Shown: in pieces, positions 1 through 6,604 of the stretch
Position numbering within the stretch: the stretch's first letter is position 1
Layout of the letters: the number at the start of each line of letters is the position of its first letter
Source of the DNA: a virus
Lineage: Duplodnaviria; Caudoviricetes
DNA length: 24,212 bases
Direction: 5' to 3' (one strand)
IMG/VR virus record: IMGVR_UViG_3300049844_000188
Coordinates: 1 to 24,212 of that record
Made by a program: the position numbers and the translations under genes
Notes under the pieces: generated by a model
Databases searched by the model: none
Told to the model about the DNA's origin: nothing
The model's input: the letters and a program-made list of their open reading frames with translations, nothing else

Positions 1-14
1 AAACTGGGTGGCTG

Positions 15-833
15 CTACTCTGCCATCCAGGGTGGCGAATCGCGGCTCAAATCGCTGTAATTCCCGTACTTCTCGTGCAGGTAGTCCAGGTCCTCGCGCG
101 GGTCCGATGACCGGCGAGCCTTGCTGGTCATCTCCCAGAACAGCAGAGCGGCAGCAGCGTGCTGCGCGGCTTCGTAGCGGGCACGTTGCAGGAGTCCGTC
201 CTTGACAGATGCCTGCTCAAACGCACTGATGCTTGGTGCTCCAAGTTTCTTGACGGCTTGCAGGGTCAAGGCCTCGTTTCTGTCGACTAGGGCACGTTGG
301 TGGGCTACGAGTTTGTTCGCGTCATCGAGTTGTTTCTTGAATTGCTGCTCGATTGTTTTCTGGAATGCCTTTGTGACTGCGAACAGATACTCTCGCACTT
401 GGTAGCCCTTCTCGTTGTCGAGTCTCGCGGCTATGTGCTGTGCCGTGTTCAGCAACAAGTAATAGTCCTTCCGCGCTCGACCACCAGCTTTCATCAAGTC
501 TGGCCAGTTTTCCTTCTTGCTCGGATCTGTCATGACCATGACGTAGTGGACGCCTTCAATCAAGTTCATTGACTTGATGGTGCTGGTTATCCACGTCGAG
601 TAATCTCGACCGATGCCCAGGGCCGCGTGCAAGTCCCTTGTGTTCACGGTATCGCCCGGTTCCGCGTCTGTGGCAAACAGCTTTGACACTATGGGCAGCA
701 CGGGTATCAGTGCCTCGAATATTGGGTTTACTGACACTGTCACCGACTCGGACCCGTGGCGCAGGGTCACTGTTGGCAGCTTGGACTCATTGTGTTGCTT
801 GACGTAGGCGTCAAGCAGGTCTGTATTGATCAT
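15..833 (-). CDS. AntA/AntB-family phage antirepressor (272 aa) with C-terminal coiled coil
   Basis: Motif VNTRDLHAALGIGRDYSTWI...GGRARKDYYLLLNTAQHIA...EKGYQVREYL is typical of AntA/AntB domains. Start moved from the ORF track's 965 to ATG 833, which has a GGAGAG RBS. Confidence 0.8.
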   Translation of the reverse strand: MINTDLLDAYVKQHNESKLPTVTLRHGSESVTVSVNPIFEALIPVLPIVSKLFATDAEPGDTVNTRDLHAALGIGRDYSTWITSTIKSMNLIEGVHYVMVMTDPSKKENWPDLMKAGGRARKDYYLLLNTAQHIAARLDNEKGYQVREYLFAVTKAFQKTIEQQFKKQLDDANKLVAHQRALVDRNEALTLQAVKKLGAPSISAFEQASVKDGLLQRARYEAAQHAAAALLFWEMTSKARRSSDPREDLDYLHEKYGNYSDLSRDSPPWMAE

Positions 834-955
834 TGTTGGGCTCTCCGAAATTTTGGGCAGCCTGCTGATGTGCGGTCGAAGAGGGAGCAAGGCCCAACGC
901 ACAGCAACAAACTGCCCGAAATTGCTTGCTAGACAGGCTTCGACACCTTGGCAGT

Positions 956-984
956 ATTCTAGCAAGCAGGGGGGGGGGAGTCAA
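956..984 (-). promoter_or_regulatory. sigma70 promoter TTGACT-N17-TAGAAT with extended -10 (TGn) and a C10 tract in the spacer
   Basis: Minus strand reads TTGACT cccccccccc tgcttgc TAGAAT; it lies upstream of the antirepressor. Confidence 0.75.
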
Positions 985-1361
985 GCCCGTATGAAGCCTT
1001 CATGCCTGAAGAACGAGCGCTTGCTAACTGTCCCGTCAGGCAGGGTGCTTTCAAAGACTGTACGCTTCGTGAAAGCGTACACAGGTTGAATCTGCCACAA
1101 CCTCAGTGTTGCTTCCAAGTGGGGCATCAGGTACGGTGCGCCGCCGATCATGGCGCGTACCACGTAGCCATCCTTGTAGTTGACGTTATAGGCTGCCAGT
1201 TCTGCTATCTCCTGTGCCGTTTTGTGAAGCATGAGCTGGGTCGGCATCTCGTCGAACGTCAAAAGGGCGTGCAGGGTCGCCTGCTGGTCTTCTGGCAGGT
1301 CCACGACTCCGGCGAAGACCTGCTCGGGCGTTGCCTTGTGTTGCGTCAAGTTCAAGATCAT
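981..1361 (-). CDS. Conserved phage protein resembling Csx20-like CRISPR ring nucleases (126 aa)
   Basis: GAAAGGA RBS; N-terminal LNLTQHxATPEQ and C-terminal PVYAFTKR...E...DG.V.K.S.F.H.GF match my recollection of the Csx20 consensus. The CDS is well supported; the function is tentative. Confidence 0.55.
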   Translation of the reverse strand: MILNLTQHKATPEQVFAGVVDLPEDQQATLHALLTFDEMPTQLMLHKTAQEIAELAAYNVNYKDGYVVRAMIGGAPYLMPHLEATLRLWQIQPVYAFTKRTVFESTLPDGTVSKRSFFRHEGFIRA

Positions 1362-1372
1362 GGTTAGTCCTT

Positions 1373-1570
1373 TCAGGGTTTATTGTTGAGGGCGTAGAGT
1401 GCGGCGTCAGTGGCAGAGTCACTGACGTAGCGGACGGAATAGTCATCGCGCTCGAAGCGCACGGCGTAGTCTGATTGTCCTCTGCTGTCGGTGCTGCCAA
1501 GGTAGACGAAAGATTTGTGGCCAAGGATTCTGGCGGCTGCGACGACTGCTTCCGACTCTTTGCGGGTCAT
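1373..1570 (-). CDS. Hypothetical protein (65 aa)
   Basis: ATG 1570 follows a TTGAAAGGACC RBS; the stop overlaps the RBS of the next gene. Confidence 0.7.
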   Translation of the reverse strand: MTRKESEAVVAAARILGHKSFVYLGSTDSRGQSDYAVRFERDDYSVRYVSDSATDAALYALNNKP

Positions 1571-1587
1571 GGTGGGTCCTTTCAAGT

Positions 1588-1632
1588 AGGCAGTATTGCC
1601 TGCCCTGCCACCCTCGTTGGAAGGGGCAGGGC
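1588..1632 (-). other. Intergenic tandem hairpins
   Basis: gccctgcc (1602-1609) / ggcagggc (1625-1632) and aggca-gtat-tgcct (1588-1601), between a stop codon and the next RBS. Confidence 0.5.
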
Positions 1633-1636
1633 GCGG

Positions 1637-1840
1637 TTACTGCTGGGGGTCGAACAGGTGCCTTGTCTGCACCACGTAGGACAGGCCCGGATGTCTTTGG
1701 GCAAGGCGTGCTAACTCGGCCTCGTTGTTGAACGGGTACTCGGCCACGTCGACGTAATTGTCCTCGTCTTCGGTCTCTCCTTTGACGAGGGCGACGAACA
1801 GGACGCGGTCCTGCAGCCAGTGCATTTTCTTGTGCTTCAT
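1637..1840 (-). CDS. Hypothetical protein (67 aa)
   Basis: ATG preceded by the same TTGAAAGGACC RBS; co-oriented with neighbours. Confidence 0.7.
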   Translation of the reverse strand: MKHKKMHWLQDRVLFVALVKGETEDEDNYVDVAEYPFNNEAELARLAQRHPGLSYVVQTRHLFDPQQ

Positions 1841-2354
1841 TTTGGTCCTTTCAAGGTGTGATTTTGCATGTCATGTGGATATTGCTGTGCATGACATTCG
1901 GGAATGGCCGAGTAAAGTGCAGGACATTGGCATGGTGCCTAAAAAATAGGCAGGTTCGTCGTTTTGTCCCCCGGAAACCCCCCGAAATGGTGGTCAATCC
2001 CCCAAAAACGGGGGATTGGGGATTTGTTCACCTATTTTTCGGGCTTGTCAAGAGGGGGTTTGGCCGATGGTGCAGTGCAGCACCCCAAATTTGGGGGATT
2101 GGGCCACGGTTTGGGGGACTACTTTTGGCAAAAATCGCTTAATTGTTGGGCCATACTGCCGATTGCCATGTGGCAAAAGGGAATAAATGGCTTTTACAAG
2201 CACGGGTCGGGCAGGTCTGTCAAGTGCTGGTTGCAGTTATGCCAACGGTGTGCAATCCGCGTTTTTTCCTTTAAAAACAACGGAAAAGTGCCATTTTTTA
2301 ATAATGACAACGGACTCAAGGGGTGGCTCAACTGGACACTTTTTTCAAGTGCTG

Positions 2355-2413
2355 CAAGTCTTATATAAGAGTAAAAAAATAGTAAAAAAATCGTTACTCT
2401 TATATAAGACTTG
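2355..2413. repeat. Perfect 20-bp inverted repeat with A-rich 19-bp spacer
   Basis: caagtcttatataagagtaa (2355-2374) / ttactcttatataagacttg (2394-2413); each arm contains the palindrome tcttatataaga. Confidence 0.9.
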
Positions 2414-2709
2414 AGAGGGTCTTGATATTTCCCTTAAATAACAAAGAAAGACCTGCAATAGTTGCCTATTGGAAAATTTTAATCAATGACAGTGGCAAGC
2501 AAATTTTTTGAAAACAATGCTTGACAAGCCTCTGGATTTATGGTTGAAAACGGCACATTTTTTGAACGTGATTTTGAAAAATTTTATGTTTTTTTCATCT
2601 TTTATGACATAGGCATAGTCATTTTATGCACAATGACTAGAATGTAGTCGCCGCCCAAAAAGGGGCCTAAAACAGGTCCAAAGTGGGGAAAAACGCTGCC
2701 GATTGTCAT

Positions 2710-2768
2710 AAAAAAAGGTCGTTTCCCAAAAAGTGCCCTAAATTAGGCCCAAAGTGGGAAACGACCTT
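2710..2768 (-). terminator. Probable intrinsic terminator (14-bp stem, T-run)
   Basis: aaggtcgtttccca (2715-2728) / tgggaaacgacctt (2755-2768), ending in T7 on the minus strand (A 2710-2716), downstream of the 99-aa ORF. Confidence 0.5.
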
Positions 2769-2920
2769 CCGAGGCGTCATAAATGACATTCGCAATGTCA
2801 ACGACCCTCAGCGAAGGCTGTTGACGTTGCGGCCAGTGGGGAAACTGGCCTTGGTTTTAGAGGACCCAGATGATAGTGTGGGCCTTGAGAGCGTACCGAA
2901 GGGCACGCAAGGTGATTGTG

Positions 2921-3220
2921 CTAACTTGCATAGATCTCTTGCTCCTCTATGATGGTGCTGGCCAAACTGTGTCCGAATTCGATTACCGTTTCCAGATCCC
3001 TGAGTTTGCTGTTGACTTTCCAGATCCCGTTGTCGTCAAGGTACAAGACCCAGACTTCGCCATTGACTGCTGGACAGGCTTGATAACGGACGCCCTCAAA
3101 ATTCCAAAGTATCGCAGTATCATTTCTGTAGAGAATGCTGCCATCTGATTGCTGGACCTGGCCTTCCCTTTCGGGGCTGATGTTGTAGTGGTCCAGGATA
3201 TTGATGATGGTGTTAAACAT
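2921..3220 (-). CDS. Hypothetical acidic protein (99 aa)
   Basis: GAGGAG RBS 8 nt before ATG; globular-looking composition. Confidence 0.75.
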   Translation of the reverse strand: MFNTIINILDHYNISPEREGQVQQSDGSILYRNDTAILWNFEGVRYQACPAVNGEVWVLYLDDNGIWKVNSKLRDLETVIEFGHSLASTIIEEQEIYAS

Positions 3221-3246
3221 TTGTCGTGCTCCTCAAAACGGCCCTA

Positions 3247-3308
3247 TGGCCTTGCCTATGAATTGGTTTTCCATAGGCAAGGCCAGCAGAAACAACCTGC
3301 TGGCCTTG
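3247..3308. other. Overlapping double-hairpin element, copy A
   Basis: 14-bp IR 3247-3260/3272-3285 overlaps 12-bp IR 3278-3289/3297-3308. Confidence 0.7.
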
Positions 3309-3744
3309 TTTTGTTCTTTCAAGTCGCCCAGGTTTTGCCCGGTCAAGGTTTCAGGAAAACGCGAATGCGCTGCTGAATTGCAAAACCTTTAAGACAACTT
3401 GGCGCTTTAACGTTGCGCTAACGGGATTATTAGCTTTGCCTGCTTGATTGCCCTGACCATGTTTTAATCGAATCGGGAATTATTACACATATGCTCTCAG
3501 TATTAGTTAGCATTGCTAGTGCTAAGCGAATCCTAGTCCTTTTAATTTCGACCTTGTTTTCGCCACTATACTATCTGAGTTTTTAACCTTCGATAGTTGG
3601 CTCCTTTTCCTGTTATGTTTTTCACCCAACGTCACATGATCATGCTTTCTGCCTATTTCAATTTTGACTAGGCAATACTCTACCCTGCCTGAAAAATGGC
3701 ACATTTTTGAAATTGGCCTGATAGTGGAATTACAAAGCGATTGA

Positions 3745-4020
3745 TTCCAGGTTGCCCTATGGCTCGCTTCCAGGTTGCCCTATGGCTCGCTTCCAGGTTG
3801 CCCTATGGCTCGCTTCCAGGTTGCCCTACGGCTCGCTTCCAGGTTGCCATATGGCTCGCTTCCAGGTTGCCCTATGGCTCGCTTCCAGGTTGCCCTATGG
3901 CTCGCTTCCAGGTTGCCCTATGGCTCGCTTCCAGGTTGCCCTATGGGTCGCTTCCAGGTTGCCATATGGCTCGCTTCCAGGTTGCCCTATGGCTCGCTTC
4001 CAGGTTGCCCTATGGGTCGC
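3745..4020. repeat. Tandem array, 12 x 23 bp (ttccaggttgccctatggctcgc)
   Basis: Units start at 3745, 3768 ... 3998; single substitutions in units 4, 5, 9, 10 and 12; no spacers. Confidence 0.97.
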
Positions 4021-4251
4021 TTAGACCACTATCTAATTGCTGGTCTTAAAGCTGACTTGGGTTCGCTTAGTTCGCTTTGACTCTGCCAAAGTCTCATATA
4101 GTCGCCAGACCATAATCGAGATTGTTTAGCTGGATGTGGATTTCCACAGTCAGAATACAGAATCGCTGCGCTTTCACTACTGCAAGCGCTTTTCAGTTCA
4201 TCTCCCGATGAACCTATTAAGACCAGATTGTAAAAGAGCGAAAAGGCGACT

Positions 4252-4306
4252 GCCTTTAGTATGGTCTATTGCCAGACCATACTAAAGGCCACTTGTTAGT
4301 GGCCTT
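4252..4306. other. Overlapping double-hairpin element, copy B
   Basis: 16-bp IR 4252-4267/4274-4289 overlaps 9-bp IR 4285-4293/4298-4306, immediately after the stop at 4312. Confidence 0.7.
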
Positions 4307-4311
4307 GTCGG

Positions 4312-5223
4312 TTAAGCTGCCTTTGCGCCGAATTCCAATTGATCAAGGGCTTTCAACTGCGCTGAACTCAGCTTGATTCCAAGTTCGTTTGCCAGATCAA
4401 CGAAGGCGTGAATCTTAGCGATTGTCGATTCTCCCTCGCGCCTAAGCTGGCGAGCGACCATTGCCTCATGCTCTGCCTTCTCAGTGGCCAGCCGGTGCGC
4501 GCGCGCTGTCTCTAGTCTGGCCACTTGGCTGGTTTCTTCAACCATATCATCAAACGTCGTGTTATCCAGATCAGCGCCAAGCATAGCGACGCCATCATTC
4601 CACGCCTCTTGAGTGATCTTGATCTGGGTCTTTTCTTCTTCTGCAGCAATCATTGCCGCAATTTCAGCGGCTTTCTTTTCCGCCTCAAGCTTTGCCAGCG
4701 CTTCCTTACGCGCCGCTTCAACAGTCGGGTCTTCGGATGTTTTCTTGGTGGCTGCCGGCGGCGCTAGCATTCCGCCAAGGACCGGAGATTTGCCAAACAA
4801 CTCAACCAAGTTGAATTCGCTTACGGTGGCCACATTAAGGATATTGCCGCGCAGCGCCTCGCCGATTGAAACCGCTTCGCGCAAGATACCAAGGCGCTTG
4901 CCGATGGCGCCAGAAATAACACCAGCCTTTGTTTTCTTGTAGTCCGGCAAGCTTGCTGCGTACTTCTCGCAACGGTCAAGGCGGGAATGCTCGCCGAAAA
5001 CCATTTTTGTCAATGCCAGTGAGAGTACTTTACAAGCCAGCGCATCATTTGTCGCACAACTCGATACACCCGCGAAGGCGTTAGAATCGTCGGCCCATAA
5101 CTTACGGGCAAGTTCCTTGGCTTCGTCCCGACTGACTGTGCAAGGCAGCAAAAGACGCGAACCCAGTTGGAACTTCGGGGCGCTGGCGATGGAAGCAGCA
5201 GGTGTTTGAATGATATTAGACAT
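4312..5223 (-). CDS. Hypothetical protein (303 aa) with Ala/Glu/Lys-rich helical/coiled-coil C-terminal half
   Basis: Long ORF; ATG 5223 has an AGAGGT RBS. Confidence 0.85.
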   Translation of the reverse strand: MSNIIQTPAASIASAPKFQLGSRLLLPCTVSRDEAKELARKLWADDSNAFAGVSSCATNDALACKVLSLALTKMVFGEHSRLDRCEKYAASLPDYKKTKAGVISGAIGKRLGILREAVSIGEALRGNILNVATVSEFNLVELFGKSPVLGGMLAPPAATKKTSEDPTVEAARKEALAKLEAEKKAAEIAAMIAAEEEKTQIKITQEAWNDGVAMLGADLDNTTFDDMVEETSQVARLETARAHRLATEKAEHEAMVARQLRREGESTIAKIHAFVDLANELGIKLSSAQLKALDQLEFGAKAA

Positions 5224-5239
5224 TTTGATACCTCTTATA

Positions 5240-5292
5240 GTGGATTGACGATGCACAAATGCACATCAATCACGGCCAAACCGTGATTGATG
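5240..5292. other. Intergenic overlapping hairpins
   Basis: 12-bp IR catcaatcacgg (5264-5275) / ccgtgattgatg (5281-5292); the left arm can alternatively pair with gtggattga near 5240. Confidence 0.6.
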
Positions 5293-5297
5293 CACAC

Positions 5298-5513
5298 TCA
5301 TCTTGGAGTCCAGTGCAGCATCATGCCGATTGCCTTGTATCCGGTCATAACGGCCATAACTACATCGTCGTCATTAGAGGCATACTCTGCAGCTTTCCAG
5401 AATGCGGCGAGTGCAGCTTGGCGACGTTTGTCGCGCTCTACCTGCCCAACGGCAGGATGAAATTGCAAACCCTCAAAATGAGAATCTGCAAGAGCTTGTA
5501 GTCTATCTCTCAT
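5298..5513 (-). CDS. Hypothetical protein (71 aa)
   Basis: ATG 5513 with AGGGG RBS; operon packing. Confidence 0.65.
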   Translation of the reverse strand: MRDRLQALADSHFEGLQFHPAVGQVERDKRRQAALAAFWKAAEYASNDDDVVMAVMTGYKAIGMMLHWTPR

Positions 5514-5523
5514 TGTATTGCCC

Positions 5524-5604
5524 CTATGCGTCAAAGTGCCAATAGATGCGACGCGCCAGCCAGAGGATGATGATAAGACCTAAGACATTAAGCACGGTTT
5601 CCAT
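5524..5604 (-). CDS. Membrane micropeptide, 26 aa (METVLNVLGLIIILWLARRIYWHFDA)
   Basis: Manual translation; AAGGGA RBS; one hydrophobic segment followed by RR. Confidence 0.6.
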   Translation of the reverse strand: METVLNVLGLIIILWLARRIYWHFDA

Positions 5605-5605
5605 G

Positions 5606-5701
5606 TTAGTCCCTTGTCGAAAAAGTAGAGTACAGAAAGCAAGCGATAAAACCTGCGAACCAGAGAATCATCGCAAATCCAATTACATCTAACATGAGCA
5701 T
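5606..5701 (-). CDS. Membrane micropeptide, 31 aa (MLMLDVIGFAMILWFAGFIACFLYSTFSTRD)
   Basis: Manual translation; GGAG RBS 8 nt upstream; stop is 1 nt before the next ATG. Confidence 0.6.
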   Translation of the reverse strand: MLMLDVIGFAMILWFAGFIACFLYSTFSTRD

Positions 5702-5741
5702 TTCATACACTCCAGGTAGTGATTAAACGGGATACAACGCA

Positions 5742-5769
5742 ACTATAAACCTTTAGTGTATGTAGTCAA
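5742..5769 (-). promoter_or_regulatory. sigma70-like promoter TTGACT-N16-TATAGT heading the leftward arm
   Basis: Near-consensus boxes, AT-rich upstream sequence, ~40 nt before the first leftward ORF. Confidence 0.65.
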
Positions 5770-5823
5770 ATTGATTGTGTTTATACGGGCATTGACGTTG
5801 TTTATAACGAGGATGTGATCTAG

Positions 5824-5940
<117 letters not shown>

Positions 5941-6082
5941 GATCGAGCGAACCGACATTGATCTGGCCGTCGCCCTGGCTTTCCTGCAGAATCAGGAAGA
6001 CGTAGTAGCTTTTGTGCGGGTTCAAAAACGGGTCGAGTCGCCTATTCCCGCCCAAAAATTTTCAAAATTTTCAAACTTTCTA

Positions 6083-6091
6083 TGGTATAGT
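6083..6091 (+). promoter_or_regulatory. Extended -10 promoter candidate (TGgTATAGT) for the rightward unit
   Basis: Follows A/T tracts (aaaattttc x2); no clear -35. Confidence 0.4.
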
Positions 6092-6319
6092 CACATATCG
6101 TGAATAACCACAAGGACAATACCAATGTCATACACAATGCCAATAACGTGGTCAAGGTCGTTGTCCTCTTACTGAGTGTGGCCGAGGTCCTCGTCGTTGT
6201 CCTCTAACAGACTGTGGTCGTGGTCCAGGACCTCGCTAACTAACTGGCCCAGGACCGCGTCCCAACCAGATGCCGTAATCCCAGCATCGCCCCTCAGCCC
6301 TTACACCACAAGGACCATC

Positions 6320-6604
6320 ATGCGAACCGCCATAACAATCACCCTGCCCACAGCAGCCAACGCCCTGCTAGGACACAATGCCTCAAATGCAGTTAGCAAG
6401 TTGATAACGGCCTGCGAAAGTCCGCAGGCCGTGATAGATCATCTTTCTACTCGACGCACAAGCTGCACCCTGAGCCCTGCAGCAGCACGCAGGCTAGCTG
6501 AACTGGAGCAGGAGATAGGAGAGCCTGCACCAACAATAGTTAGGGCCTTGGTGGATCTGGCTGTGGCACACTCAATGACAAATGGAGTACAATCTCTAGT
6601 ATGA
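6320..6604 (+). CDS. Small DNA-binding protein, probably tandem ribbon-helix-helix (94 aa)
   Basis: AAGGA RBS before ATG 6320; RTAITITLP.. and RRTSCTLSPAAARRLAELEQEIGEPAPTIVRALV fit a beta-helix-helix pattern. Confidence 0.55.
   Translation: MRTAITITLPTAANALLGHNASNAVSKLITACESPQAVIDHLSTRRTSCTLSPAAARRLAELEQEIGEPAPTIVRALVDLAVAHSMTNGVQSLV

Noticed and set aside
834-965. N-terminal extension of the antirepressor ORF
   Set aside because: Overlaps the promoter and leader; the RBS supports ATG 833. Similar start corrections were applied at 1570, 5223, 6320, 13451, 16462 and 22180.
2010-2117. G-quadruplex
   Set aside because: G-runs are present but not four closely spaced tracts, and nearby C-runs favour hairpins.
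1858-2952. + strand ORFs in the non-coding block
   Set aside because: No RBS, homopolymer-driven composition, opposite to local gene orientation.
3745-4020. CRISPR array
   Set aside because: No unique spacers and no cas operon.
3741-4080. Three overlapping + strand ORFs with 23-aa repeats
   Set aside because: Artefact of a stop-free 23-bp unit cycling through all frames; no RBS.
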